Below, one piece after another: positions 1-9,762 of a stretch of 64,000 nucleotides of DNA (positions are counted from its first letter, which is position 1; each line of letters begins with the position of its first letter). This DNA comes from Candidatus Methanomethylicia archaeon. Lineage in GTDB: Archaea > Thermoproteota > Methanomethylicia > Nezhaarchaeales > B40-G2. The notes beneath the pieces were generated by a model. It was not told the origin of the DNA. It made no database searches and worked only from the letters and a program-made list of their open reading frames with translations. Position numbers and translations under genes: made by a program. The stretch is taken from NCBI GenBank assembly GCA_029259155.1, contig JAPDJI010000006.1, forward strand, positions 1 through 64,000, given 5' to 3'.

Positions 1-309
1 GAACCTGGAATGAGGAAGATGGAGGCTGAGGATGTAGCCATAGTACCTTTAGCGACACCATTACTTGCTGGTCCCGGAAGCATCTCTACGGTGATCTACC
101 TCGTGGAGGCTATAGGCTTCGTAGAGACCTTGACTTCTGTAGCCTTAAACGTGTTCCTCACCTACCTCATCTTCAGGTCTTCTGAGAAGCTGTTTTCCTT
201 CCTTGGTAGGAATGGGGTCAGGGCAATAACGAGGATAATCGGTTTGATAATAGCGGCTATGGCGATAGCTATAATCAGGGAGGGTTTAGAGGCGCTTCTC
301 TTTATGTAG
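1..309 (+). CDS. MarC family integral membrane protein (5'-truncated by window edge)
   Basis: DVAIVPLATPLLAGPGSISTVI motif and LG..G..AITRIIGLII C-terminal helix are typical of MarC. Confidence 0.85.
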   Translation, partial: EPGMRKMEAEDVAIVPLATPLLAGPGSISTVIYLVEAIGFVETLTSVALNVFLTYLIFRSSEKLFSFLGRNGVRAITRIIGLIIAAMAIAIIREGLEALLFM

Positions 310-403
310 CGCCGCACGCTTCTTTATCTCATATAAGAAAAGCTGTAATCTTTTTCTGTGGTTTTCGAATTAAAGCGATGGTGTAGGTCGGGGAGGAGTT
401 GGC

Positions 404-2731
404 TTGAAGCCTCGAGGCTGGCTGAGGATTAGCCTCCTCTCGGTGATCCTGCTTGCTATCCTTGTTCATGCCAAAACCCCAACGTGCTTACACGCCCAGC
501 AAACTACGCCATCTGACCTTGAAGAGGCCTTAGCTGGCCGCTTTGGGGCTGGCGGTGTTAGTGGGATAGATTTTGAGGCCGCGGTTGAGCTTGGGGCCAC
601 ATGGATGAGGATCCCTGTGGACCTAGGCATGATGTCCTTTAACGACGTAGACCCCTTCGTCAGTCAAGCTCAAGAAGCTGGCTTGCTCATAGACCTAATC
701 TTCCAACCTGGGGGGCAGCCAGGGCCGGAGGCTGAGGGTTCTTGGTCCATACCGTTTACTCCTGAGGAGTTTGTCGAGGAGATGATGAGGTTCGTGGAGC
801 GCTACGATGGAGACGGCGTGGACGACATGCCAGGCCTACGCTACCCTATAAGGCACTGCGAGATCTTCAATGAATTTAACCCTCAGGTCTACGGCATAAC
901 CTACGAAGAGTACGCGGAGTACTACCGCTTAGCTTACGAGGCATTAAAGGATAACTGTCCAGATTGGCAGGTCGCCCCCTCCTCCTTCGTAGGAGTAGGC
1001 CCTGAAACCCAAGATTTCCTACAATTCCTTGTGGAGGAAGGGTTGGAGTTTGACTTCCTCAGCTACCATGCTTACTGCGAAGGCCTCAACGCAGGGGAGT
1101 TGATGTTTATTCTAGCCTCCTTGGGCATCGAGGACACGCCCGTCTGGGTCACGGAGTCTCAGTTTGGAGGAGGATGGGAACGTCTCCCTCTCAGTGAGGA
1201 GGAGGTAGCTGCCTCCATGGCTAGGAGCTACATCTACGCCTTCGCCATGGGTATAGATAAGGTACAGCCTTCAGAGCTTAGGGCTCAACCCTTCTTCAAC
1301 GATGGCTTAAAGTGGTCATGCCTGATAGACGAGTACGGCAATAAACGTGCAAGCTACTACGTGTACCTCGACCTTATCAGAAAGCTTGACCGCTTCACTG
1401 AGGTAGAGGTTCTAAGCCTTGGCTCAACGACCCAAGACCCCCTCACGGGCCACGTAGAGATTACCGGCGTCTACGCCTTTAAGTTCATAGTTGACGGCAA
1501 ACCCATATACGTAGTGTGGGGAGAGGAGGGAGCAAGCCTACCTGAAGAGATCAGGCGGTTAGGCCTGGGCCTTACTCCTTCCTTGACCAACTTGAGTACC
1601 GTAAAAGTCAACCCGACACCCATGTTTATTGAGCCCTACTGTGAAGCCGAGGCTACCCCCGAAGTGGAGGTTTCTCCAAGTGAGAGCTTAACCCTCGAGG
1701 AGCTACTAAATATACTCAGAGCCTCCTACGCCCTCAGCGAAGGGAGCCCTGGGTTTAGGGAAGAGGCAGACCTTAATGGAGACGGAAAGGTGAATATCAT
1801 AGACCTGGCTATCTTGGCATCGCGGCTTACACCTTCCTTTACCGAAGAGGAGGGTGAGGAGCTTAGGAGCGACATAACCCCTGGCATCGGCCCAGGCGAA
1901 CCACCTCCAGAGGTGCCTCCAGGTGCAGATGGACCTTGGAACCACAGGATACTTATTGCCACCTCTAATGATGGTCTAACTTGGAGTAAGACATACCACG
2001 TATTAGCTGAGCAGGCCTCCGTCCCTGACGTCATAGTTGATCATGAAGGACGGGTGAGGGTGTATTACGTCGACTACTACAATGGAGGCATCTCGGTGGC
2101 CATATCTGAAGATCTTTCAAACTGGGTATACGTAAAAGTGAAGGGCATAAACGCTAGCTGGGTAGACCCAGACGTAGTAATCCTTCCTGACGGGAGGTAT
2201 CGGTTATATGCCTCCTACATGCCTCTCGAGGGTCCTCAAGATAAGATAATCTCGGCCACCTCTGATGATGGGATACACTTCGTCGTGGAGGGTGGTGTTC
2301 GTTACCAAGAGGAAGGCTTCACGTTAACCGACCCTGATACGGTCTACGTTGACGGTCAGTGGATCATGTATGCTTGTAAGCTGACGGAGCCGATGCCTAA
2401 GCTCATTCGGCTGGTATCAAACGATGGCCTGACTTTCGTGAAAGAGTCTGAGATGGATTTTGAAGGCACGGTTCCATGTATCATCCTCGTAGAGAACGGC
2501 TACAGGCTTTACTGTCACTTACACGACTGTACCGCCATTCTGTGTTGGTTTTCAAGCGACTGTCGAAACTGGAGTGGGCGGACAGTAGTTCTTGAGCCTG
2601 GCCAGCCTGGGACGCTTGACGAGTTCGGCGTAGCCGACCCCGCGGTCGTGGAACTGCCTGACGGCTCATACCTGATGATTTATAAGTCTTGGATCACCCA
2701 GCCTTTCATAGGAGGCGTGGAGGGACCATGA
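404..2731 (+). CDS. Secreted multidomain glycoside-hydrolase-like protein (clan GH-A-like barrel + dockerin-like EF-hand + Asp-box beta-propeller)
   Basis: N-terminal signal peptide; EIFNEF (acid/base) and VWVTESQ (nucleophile) motifs; EADLNGDGKVNIIDLAIL dockerin-like repeat; repeated SxDGxxW/F Asp-boxes; GGAGG RBS upstream of TTG. Confidence 0.65.
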   Translation: MKPRGWLRISLLSVILLAILVHAKTPTCLHAQQTTPSDLEEALAGRFGAGGVSGIDFEAAVELGATWMRIPVDLGMMSFNDVDPFVSQAQEAGLLIDLIFQPGGQPGPEAEGSWSIPFTPEEFVEEMMRFVERYDGDGVDDMPGLRYPIRHCEIFNEFNPQVYGITYEEYAEYYRLAYEALKDNCPDWQVAPSSFVGVGPETQDFLQFLVEEGLEFDFLSYHAYCEGLNAGELMFILASLGIEDTPVWVTESQFGGGWERLPLSEEEVAASMARSYIYAFAMGIDKVQPSELRAQPFFNDGLKWSCLIDEYGNKRASYYVYLDLIRKLDRFTEVEVLSLGSTTQDPLTGHVEITGVYAFKFIVDGKPIYVVWGEEGASLPEEIRRLGLGLTPSLTNLSTVKVNPTPMFIEPYCEAEATPEVEVSPSESLTLEELLNILRASYALSEGSPGFREEADLNGDGKVNIIDLAILASRLTPSFTEEEGEELRSDITPGIGPGEPPPEVPPGADGPWNHRILIATSNDGLTWSKTYHVLAEQASVPDVIVDHEGRVRVYYVDYYNGGISVAISEDLSNWVYVKVKGINASWVDPDVVILPDGRYRLYASYMPLEGPQDKIISATSDDGIHFVVEGGVRYQEEGFTLTDPDTVYVDGQWIMYACKLTEPMPKLIRLVSNDGLTFVKESEMDFEGTVPCIILVENGYRLYCHLHDCTAILCWFSSDCRNWSGRTVVLEPGQPGTLDEFGVADPAVVELPDGSYLMIYKSWITQPFIGGVEGP

Positions 2732-2823
2732 AACAGGAAGCTTCAACTTTACAGTTATCAGCTCAGCCTTGGACAGGTGCTAGCATGACGAGTAATAAAG
2801 ATAGAAAATAAGGTTGATTTTGC

Positions 2824-3006
2824 TTACTCCTCTATCGTTATAGCTTGCTCTGGGCACTGGGACTCACAGGCTCGGCAAGCAACACATGCGTCTTCGTTTA
2901 CGATAACTACCTTATCGTTTTGTTTCTCATAAACGCCGCTGGGACATACTTCTACGCATGTGCCACAGTTGGTGCATTTACTTTCATCCTTTATAACCTT
3001 AGGCAT
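2824..3006 (-). CDS. 2x[4Fe-4S] ferredoxin
   Basis: MPKVIKDESKCTNCGTCVEVCP...CVACRACESQCP; start refined to ATG at 3006 behind a GGAGG RBS. Confidence 0.9.
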   Translation of the reverse strand: MPKVIKDESKCTNCGTCVEVCPSGVYEKQNDKVVIVNEDACVACRACESQCPEQAITIEE

Positions 3007-3150
3007 ATGCGCCCCTCCATCCAGTGGACGGCGTTTAAAGCTTAAGTATTCAGTATATAAGTACATCGCCTCGCCTCGCTCTAAGCCTGAAGAGAACGGA
3101 AACTAGGCTCACCAAAGGCTTAAGCTTCGATAAACCAGCTTCACGTTTTT

Positions 3151-3525
3151 CTATGCGCGGGCTGCCTTGATCACCCGTGTCCCTACCAGCATCAAATAGA
3201 CCCCTGCCGCTATGAAGCCTAAGCCTATGACATACGGAGCTACAGCTTCAAGTAAACTTGGGGAGAAAAGCAATAATCCTCCCACCGCGATTAGCAAGAC
3301 CCCAATCACGGTCATTACCGCTCCTCCAGCCTTAACTGGCACCTCAGCCTTGATCTTTGCTTCCTCCACCGTAAGAACAGAGTCGGCTAGGAAACCTAAT
3401 CCCATGCCGATGAACATAGCCGCGGTGAAGCCAAGCCCTCCTAGGGAACTCATTAAAATGAAGCCTACACCCATCCCAGTGAACATGAAGAAGAGGAAGA
3501 AGGGCTTTCTCCTACGCTCAGGCAT
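3151..3525 (-). CDS. Small Gly-rich membrane protein (about 4 TM), unknown function
   Basis: Hydrophobic GMGxG-containing helices; GGAGG RBS. Confidence 0.7.
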   Translation of the reverse strand: MPERRRKPFFLFFMFTGMGVGFILMSSLGGLGFTAAMFIGMGLGFLADSVLTVEEAKIKAEVPVKAGGAVMTVIGVLLIAVGGLLLFSPSLLEAVAPYVIGLGFIAAGVYLMLVGTRVIKAARA

Positions 3526-3679
3526 TTCCTCCCCTCCCCGTCAACTTCTCAACGTCTTCCCCACGTGCTCCACAGTTTGGACATGTACGTCCCTCTTCAC
3601 AGGTAGGATCGTCTAGCCACGTGAAGCCGCACCTCCTACATTTAAGGTAATCCAGAGCTAGCCCGATGGCGCAGCCCAT
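3518..3679 (-). CDS. Small zinc-ribbon (CxxC...CPxCG) protein, 53 aa, not in ORF track
   Basis: Manual translation MGCAIGLALDYLKCRRCGFTWLDDPTCEEGRTCPNCGARGEDVEKLTGRGGNA*; stop overlaps the start of the downstream gene. Confidence 0.7.
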   Translation of the reverse strand: MGCAIGLALDYLKCRRCGFTWLDDPTCEEGRTCPNCGARGEDVEKLTGRGGNA

Positions 3680-3782
3680 AGTTAACCCTTTCTCAACGGG
3701 TAAAGCTACTTAAGGTTAGCTGCTTGGCTCCGGAAGCTTTAAGGGTTAAGAACTGGTATGATGAGTTGGCCAGGGGTCATTA

Positions 3783-4316
3783 ATGGGTAAGGCTTCAACA
3801 GGAGCTAAGGCAGGCTTAGTGTCAGGTGTACTTACAGGCGTGATATCGGGCTCCATAGCCTACATAAACCTACTGGTTTTCAAGGAAAGCATGATAGCTT
3901 ACTTCGAAGAGCTCCTCGAAGAGCTCCCCGAGGAGGCGCAGGCTTACCTAAGCGCCGAAACCATGTATTCTATGGCGCTCAACTTCTCCTTCATAGGTGC
4001 CTTGATAAGCTTCATAATACTAGGCTTAGTTTTCGGCGCCCTCATGGGCTGGGGATGGGATAAGCTTCCCGGCAAGGGTTTGGTTAAAGGCTTGGTGATG
4101 GGCTTGGTAATGTTTATGGTCTTGCAAATCTTGAGCCTTGTATCCTCGAGCATATATATGGGGGGTATAGGTTACGGCCTCCACGGCGGTATGTGGATCT
4201 ACAATATGACTTCAAGCTTCCTCGTGGATATTCTCTGGGGTGGGGTGGCTGCGGCTCTGTATATTAAATGGTCAACTAAAGCTGAAGGGCTCCAAGGCCT
4301 AACACGCCTTAACTAA
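3783..4316 (+). CDS. Membrane protein (about 4 TM), unknown function
   Basis: Hydrophobic helices; lies just upstream of the ABC operon. Confidence 0.7.
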   Translation: MGKASTGAKAGLVSGVLTGVISGSIAYINLLVFKESMIAYFEELLEELPEEAQAYLSAETMYSMALNFSFIGALISFIILGLVFGALMGWGWDKLPGKGLVKGLVMGLVMFMVLQILSLVSSSIYMGGIGYGLHGGMWIYNMTSSFLVDILWGGVAAALYIKWSTKAEGLQGLTRLN

Positions 4317-4360
4317 AAAATTCAAGTTTTAGCAAGCGTTGGGAATAGGGGCCTCTTAAG

Positions 4361-5038
4361 TTGTCTACGGTGTACGAGCTGGTCGAGGTAAGCAAGATCT
4401 ATAGATTAGGCTCCGTGGAGACCGTAGCTTTAATGGATATCAACCTGAAGATTTATCGAGGCGAATACCTGGCCATCGTGGGTCCTTCGGGCTCAGGTAA
4501 ATCTACTCTCCTCAACATTCTTGGGCTTTTAGACAAGCCCAGTAGGGGGAAGGTTTTCCTTGAAGGAAAGGACGTAAGCGGCCTTTCAGATAGTGAGGCT
4601 TCAAATATCAGATCCAAGCACATAGGTTTCGTGTTCCAAATGTTTAACCTGGTACCTTGGCTTTCAGCTCTAGAAAACGTGGAGCTGGCTTCCTCAATAG
4701 CAAGGATCTCAAGAAAAGAAGCTAAGAAGAGGGCTAGAGAGCTCTTGGAATTGGTGGGTTTAAGCCATCGCATGCATCATAGACCAAGCCAGCTAAGTGG
4801 TGGAGAACAGCAGAGAGTTGCTATAGCTAGGGCGCTGGTGAATAACCCTAGTGTGTTGTTGGCTGATGAACCAACAGGCACCTTAGACTCGGTCACTGGA
4901 GCCCAAATAGTAAGGCTTCTACGAGACTTAACGAAACAAGGTGTTACGGTTGTGGCAGTCACCCATAATCCTGATGTGGCCTCCGTGGCTGATAGAACTG
5001 TTAAGTTGAGGGATGGTAGGGTGGTCAGCATTGAATAG
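4361..5038 (+). CDS. ABC transporter ATP-binding protein (LolD/MacB type)
   Basis: Walker A GPSGSGKS, signature LSGGEQQRVAIARAL, ADEPTG. Confidence 0.95.
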   Translation: MSTVYELVEVSKIYRLGSVETVALMDINLKIYRGEYLAIVGPSGSGKSTLLNILGLLDKPSRGKVFLEGKDVSGLSDSEASNIRSKHIGFVFQMFNLVPWLSALENVELASSIARISRKEAKKRARELLELVGLSHRMHHRPSQLSGGEQQRVAIARALVNNPSVLLADEPTGTLDSVTGAQIVRLLRDLTKQGVTVVAVTHNPDVASVADRTVKLRDGRVVSIE

Positions 5039-6584
5039 ACGGTTTTACCTAACCATCTTGATTTTGACGCTCTTCCTCTTAACCTTAGCTTCTATGCTTC
5101 GTATTGCCTCAGCCTCTCCTGATGACTTTGAGCTTATCTATGCGAGATGGGGTGATGCTGAAAACGAGGAAATCGCTGTCCCTGGAGGACAGACATCGCT
5201 CACAGTTTTCATCAAGTTTAAACCTCCAGGCAAGGATGATAGAGCTTTAGATGTTCTAGCTTCTCTAGATCTTCCTTCTCCTTTCAGGACAGCCACGGGG
5301 GTGTCGAAGTGTTATTATTGGGTGGACTCGATGTCACTTGGGGACATCGAGCCTTTCACTTTTTCCTTCAACATTCCTCCCGACGCAGAACCGGGCGAGT
5401 ATACCTTCACGCTTCACTTAAACTATCGTTACGTGGTTACCGAAGGCACCATAGGTGAAAACAAAGAGCAAAGCTTTACCTTTCAGCTTCCACTCTATCA
5501 ACGCACCGAGCTTCTCGTAGAACCTGAAACTTCTTTCCTGGTTAAAGGAGCTACTCAGAGTTTGGAATTGAGGTTTACTTGTGAAGGAGAAAGCGATTTA
5601 CTTGTTACTAGCTTAACCGTCACCTCTGCCTCCTCCTCGGTGATTGGCCATGAAGCTGTGCTTCCTATCCACTTACTTGCAGGTACATCGACTAGCGTCG
5701 ACGTGAAAGTCTACGTTCCCGAACAGGCATCATCGGTGGGCTTCTCCGTAGAGGTGCATTACCTCTTACATGGCTTAGAGCATACCCTAACAAGGGTTTT
5801 CAGCCTACCTACCATTGAGGCTCTTAAGCCTCTCTCCATCGAGGCCGATAGCTATGAACTATCTCCGGACGCGCTAAACTCCATTAAGTTGACGTTAACC
5901 AACACCGCTACTCAGCCCATAACCAATTTAACCTTAAGCTTGTCTGGACAAGCCCTCTCGTTGATAGGGTCAAACGAAGTATGGGTTGAGGAGGTAGAAG
6001 CCGGGGGGATCGAAGAAGTAGAAGTAGTGGTTAGGCCCTCAAGTCAAGCTGACAGCTACCTCCTGACAGTTCAAGTAAACTACGCTGTAGGGGATATGGC
6101 GTACTCAGATACCTTCAACCTATTCTTCACCAAGTCTACGAGGCCTCGACTCTCCTTCTCCTCAATAGAGGTCTCTAGGACTGGCGAGTACGTCTATGTA
6201 CGTGGACAAGTAATAAACGTCGGTAGGAGCGCTGCTAACTACGTCAACGTTACGGCTAGCTCTGAGCAGCTTAGTTTTGAAAAAGGATCGACCTATATAG
6301 GTACCTTAGAGCCTGGGGAAGCAGCCAGCTTTCTCCTTACGAGCCCTATTGAGGAGCCTGGTATCTATTATGTCACCTTGAGTGGCTTTTACGCTGATGA
6401 AGCAGGTTCATGGTTCGTGGAGGTTAGAGAAGTTCAGATCACGGTTGAAGAAGTTCCTGGTGTTGAAGGGGCTAGAGCTGTATCAATACACGAGCTTCTT
6501 CTCCCCGTTGCAGGGCTGGGTATTGGACTGTTTATAGCTGGCTTGGTAATCGGAAGGTATGTGGGAGGACGCCGTGAGGCTTAG
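5031..6584 (+). CDS. Secreted/membrane-anchored Ig-like repeat (COG1361/S-layer-domain-type) protein
   Basis: Signal peptide, beta-rich repeats (INVGRSAANYVNV...YIGTLEPGE), C-terminal TM anchor; sits between ABC ATPase and permease; start refined to TTG 5031. Confidence 0.7.
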   Translation: MNRRFYLTILILTLFLLTLASMLRIASASPDDFELIYARWGDAENEEIAVPGGQTSLTVFIKFKPPGKDDRALDVLASLDLPSPFRTATGVSKCYYWVDSMSLGDIEPFTFSFNIPPDAEPGEYTFTLHLNYRYVVTEGTIGENKEQSFTFQLPLYQRTELLVEPETSFLVKGATQSLELRFTCEGESDLLVTSLTVTSASSSVIGHEAVLPIHLLAGTSTSVDVKVYVPEQASSVGFSVEVHYLLHGLEHTLTRVFSLPTIEALKPLSIEADSYELSPDALNSIKLTLTNTATQPITNLTLSLSGQALSLIGSNEVWVEEVEAGGIEEVEVVVRPSSQADSYLLTVQVNYAVGDMAYSDTFNLFFTKSTRPRLSFSSIEVSRTGEYVYVRGQVINVGRSAANYVNVTASSEQLSFEKGSTYIGTLEPGEAASFLLTSPIEEPGIYYVTLSGFYADEAGSWFVEVREVQITVEEVPGVEGARAVSIHELLLPVAGLGIGLFIAGLVIGRYVGGRREA

Positions 6585-7746
6585 CGACCAGTTTAAGTTT
6601 GCCTTAAGGGCTCTCATGGGAAGGAAACTACGTAGCGGCTTAACTCTTCTAGGCATCGTAGTAGGCGTTGTGCTGCTCGTCGCAGTATTTGTGGTGGCTG
6701 ATAGCGTGACTGCTTCGGTCGAGCAAACTTTACTGAAAGGTGGAGCTAACCAAGTATACGTCATAGCGGGGGAACGTTACCTTACGGATAGCGACAGGTC
6801 GCTGTTAGAGTCCATCCCCCACGTTACCGCCACAATAAGCTACTTCTACTATGAACCGGTCACTGTAAGTTTTGGTGGCGCTTCAGAGACCGCTGCAGCA
6901 GTCTTCGTCGAACCTGAAGGTCTACTAAGCCTTTACCCAGGCTTAGAGGCAGAGGAGGGTGTTGTTGAGATAACCCCTTCGGAGTGCTTAGTGGGAGGTA
7001 GGTTGGCTGAGGAGCTCGGGGGAATGGTGAAGAGCGGCGACCTCATACAGGTGTCGGCTATGGGTAAGACAACCTCGCTGAGGGTTGCAGGTGTTCTTAA
7101 GCGATATGGCTTCACCTTCGCTGGCTGGGTGGACATGAGCGTAATAGCGTCGATAGACGTGGTTCAGCGACAGGGCGCTTTGAAGTATTACCCCTATGTC
7201 CTAGTGATAGTAGATCGCCCAGATAACGTGGAGGTAGTCGTCGACTTGATTAAGGATCTATATAGTGGATCCGTGAGCCTTTTCGTGATAAAGGACATAG
7301 TGCGCCAAATAATGAACGCAATGGAAAGCACGACCCTAATCATAGGTGGAGTGGCCGCTGTAACGCTCGTGGTAGCTGCGGTCGGCTTGATGAACGCCAT
7401 GTTTACCGCTGTAGCTGAGCGCACACGTATCATAGGTGTATTGAGGGCTTTAGGGGTTAAGAAGAGGGATGTCATGTTCCTTTTCCTGATAGAGGCTTTG
7501 GCCTTAACCTCTATAGGCCTTGCCATAGGCTTACCTTTAGGCCTCACTATAGGTGCCTTGCTTGTCTCCTATGGTGGTTTTTCCCCAGGCCCCACGGGAA
7601 GGGTTATGGAACTACCCATCACGATAGAGCTAAGCCACCTTCTTCTTGTAATACTGGTCCCTCTCCTTCTTTCGTTGATAGGAGCATTACCTCCAGCTTA
7701 TAGAGCTAGTAGCCTTGAACCAGCTCAAGCTTTAAGACAGGAATAA
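6574..7746 (+). CDS. ABC transporter permease (MacB/FtsX type)
   Basis: RSGLTLLGIVVGV, AVAERTRIIGVLRALG, PAYRASSLEPAQALR motifs. Confidence 0.92.
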   Translation: MRLSDQFKFALRALMGRKLRSGLTLLGIVVGVVLLVAVFVVADSVTASVEQTLLKGGANQVYVIAGERYLTDSDRSLLESIPHVTATISYFYYEPVTVSFGGASETAAAVFVEPEGLLSLYPGLEAEEGVVEITPSECLVGGRLAEELGGMVKSGDLIQVSAMGKTTSLRVAGVLKRYGFTFAGWVDMSVIASIDVVQRQGALKYYPYVLVIVDRPDNVEVVVDLIKDLYSGSVSLFVIKDIVRQIMNAMESTTLIIGGVAAVTLVVAAVGLMNAMFTAVAERTRIIGVLRALGVKKRDVMFLFLIEALALTSIGLAIGLPLGLTIGALLVSYGGFSPGPTGRVMELPITIELSHLLLVILVPLLLSLIGALPPAYRASSLEPAQALRQE

Positions 7747-7770
7747 TATATTTTCTCAGAGGCTGAAGAG

Positions 7771-8010
7771 TTGTCGGCCCCAGAGCTTTTCATGTTAAGC
7801 CTCGCGTTGATAATGTTGGGCTTTCTACTGGTCTTTGCAGCTATCCTCCTATGGGGCGTTAGGAGTGGGGAGAAAGTTAGTGGTGGAGGGGTTTTACTGC
7901 TCGGACCCATACCTATAATCTTCGGTTCCGACGTGAAGGCGGTAAAGGCGGTCGCGGCTCTTGCCATCATCTTAATGCTCCTAGTTTTACTGTTCTTCAC
8001 CCTAAGGTGA
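7771..8010 (+). CDS. DUF131 family small membrane protein
   Basis: GGGVLLLGPIPIIFGSD signature. Confidence 0.85.
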   Translation: MSAPELFMLSLALIMLGFLLVFAAILLWGVRSGEKVSGGGVLLLGPIPIIFGSDVKAVKAVAALAIILMLLVLLFFTLR

Positions 8011-8016
8011 TGGCGC

Positions 8017-9099
8017 TTGATCCTAGTCAAGACTCCCTTAGGTATGGAAAGGATAGCGGCTTCACGTATAACTGAGCTGGATGTAAACGTGGAAGTAGAG
8101 GCTAAGCCTTATGGTTACCCTGGCCTCGTCCTTGTTAAGGATGGATCTGAGGAGCTAGCCTCTAAGATTAAGGGCGAGGTCATAGAGGCTGAAAGGGTTC
8201 TGTTAGCTGATGAGGCGGTGAGCGCTGACATCGACTCTATAGTCAGCGCAGCGGTCAAGGTGGCTAAGCATAAGTTAACCGGCGCAAAGAGCTTCGCGGT
8301 AAGGACTGTCAGGAGGGGTTCTCACAGCTTTACTAGCATAGACGTAAACGTAAAGGTAGGAGCAGCTGTGAAGGCTGAGTTAGGCCTTCCTGTGGATCTA
8401 AGGAACCCTGATAAAATGCTTTGCATAGAGGTCTTGAAGGATTTAGTCCTCATAGGTGTGATGGAAGGCTCAGAGCTCCACCATAAACTCGGTCCGGGTA
8501 AACACTCAGTCCTCCCTTATCTTAGAAAGGCAGCCGTGGTTCAGATGCCTTACTTAGATTCCTTGGACGCTGCAAGGGAAATGGGCATAAGGATAGGCAG
8601 AGAGGTACAGACCTTTGAGGTCAAGGAGCTGGTAGTGGCCTTCATAGGCTCTGTGAAAGCCAGGGAACTTCAAGCTTTCCTTAATGGCGTCTTCGAGGGG
8701 ATTAATTCGCGCTTTGAGATTCAACGACGTATCTACGCTCATACCGTGCATAAAGTGCCGGTTTACGTACAGGATCTTTACCAACTAGTAAGGGATAGGA
8801 TGAAGGAGCCCCTCATAGTCTTTGAACCTGAAGGGCGTCCAGCCTCGACTTTGACCGAGGAGCTAGCCTCCTTTTTTACCGAGAGACATGGCAGGGTTAA
8901 TCTCTTGTTAGGTTCCCGTGAAGGTATTCCTAGCGGCGTGTTTAGGTTCGCTGATCTAGTCGTCGACCTATGCCCTGGCGTAACCATAGCTACTGATCTA
9001 GCTGCTGCGTCAGCTCTCATAGCAATTGCAAGCGCCGTGGAGGAATGGCTTATTTCACACGAGGAACAAAAGGCTAAGCAAGCCATGTCGGTTTCGTAA
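8017..9099 (+). CDS. THUMP-domain + SPOUT-class RNA methyltransferase
   Basis: SFAVRTVRRG...VDLRNPD (THUMP); C-terminal GSREGIPSG...DLCPG SPOUT knot. Confidence 0.82.
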   Translation: MILVKTPLGMERIAASRITELDVNVEVEAKPYGYPGLVLVKDGSEELASKIKGEVIEAERVLLADEAVSADIDSIVSAAVKVAKHKLTGAKSFAVRTVRRGSHSFTSIDVNVKVGAAVKAELGLPVDLRNPDKMLCIEVLKDLVLIGVMEGSELHHKLGPGKHSVLPYLRKAAVVQMPYLDSLDAAREMGIRIGREVQTFEVKELVVAFIGSVKARELQAFLNGVFEGINSRFEIQRRIYAHTVHKVPVYVQDLYQLVRDRMKEPLIVFEPEGRPASTLTEELASFFTERHGRVNLLLGSREGIPSGVFRFADLVVDLCPGVTIATDLAAASALIAIASAVEEWLISHEEQKAKQAMSVS

Positions 9100-9270
9100 T
9101 AGAACCCCCTCCTCATTGGTGGTGGAGTTGAGGACTTTGACGAGTCTAACGACCCCTCTTCTAATTCTAGCTTTAATAATCTCATCGGCGAGCCTGTCAA
9201 GCATGGCTAACCACGTAGCTGTAAAGCCAGAGATGGCCGACATAAACAGCGACAACGTCATAGGAGACAA
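9055..9270 (-). CDS. Small hypothetical protein with N-terminal hydrophobic segment
   Basis: 71-aa ORF in the intergenic gap, overlapping the 3' end of the SPOUT gene. Confidence 0.35.
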   Translation of the reverse strand: MSPMTLSLFMSAISGFTATWLAMLDRLADEIIKARIRRGVVRLVKVLNSTTNEEGVLLRNRHGLLSLLFLV

Positions 9271-9454
9271 TCAGTTCCTAAACAACGAGATCCATGATGT
9301 TTACGTGGAGCCTGAGAGTCAGGGTTAAGTTTCAGCTCGTGGAGGAGCTCAAGGCACCAGCTCCTATGATTGGCACCTCTTTACAAGACGCGATAATTCT
9401 TCAAGTTTCTTTAAAAAGCCTGCTTCCTCTCAGCAGAAGACCGCTGTCTTAGTC

Positions 9455-9730
9455 CTATCTGTTGTCAACAGGTCCCCTAGCCTCTACCATCTTCTCCAAC
9501 TTTTTCTCCAAAGTCATTAACTCATATTGAATTGAAAAAGCCTCCGCTAGGTCTTCGTATACCTTCCTGTAGCCTTCATAGTTCTTATTCTTCGGCAACT
9601 CCCCTCTTCTAATCTTTAGTTCAATGTCCTCTGGGCCGGAGGCTCCATAAGCTTTAAGGAGATCCTCTAGCCGCTTCTTCAGGCCCAAGTATTCACTTAA
9701 CACTTTCAACAGTTCATCTAAAGCTGCCAC
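9455..9730 (-). CDS. Small coiled-coil hypothetical protein (possible archaeal antitoxin-like)
   Basis: ELKIRRGELP...YEDL pattern; co-oriented with upstream genes. Confidence 0.5.
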   Translation of the reverse strand: MAALDELLKVLSEYLGLKKRLEDLLKAYGASGPEDIELKIRRGELPKNKNYEGYRKVYEDLAEAFSIQYELMTLEKKLEKMVEARGPVDNR

Positions 9731-9762
9731 TATACCTATAGCGCCCCATAAGAGGGATAATT

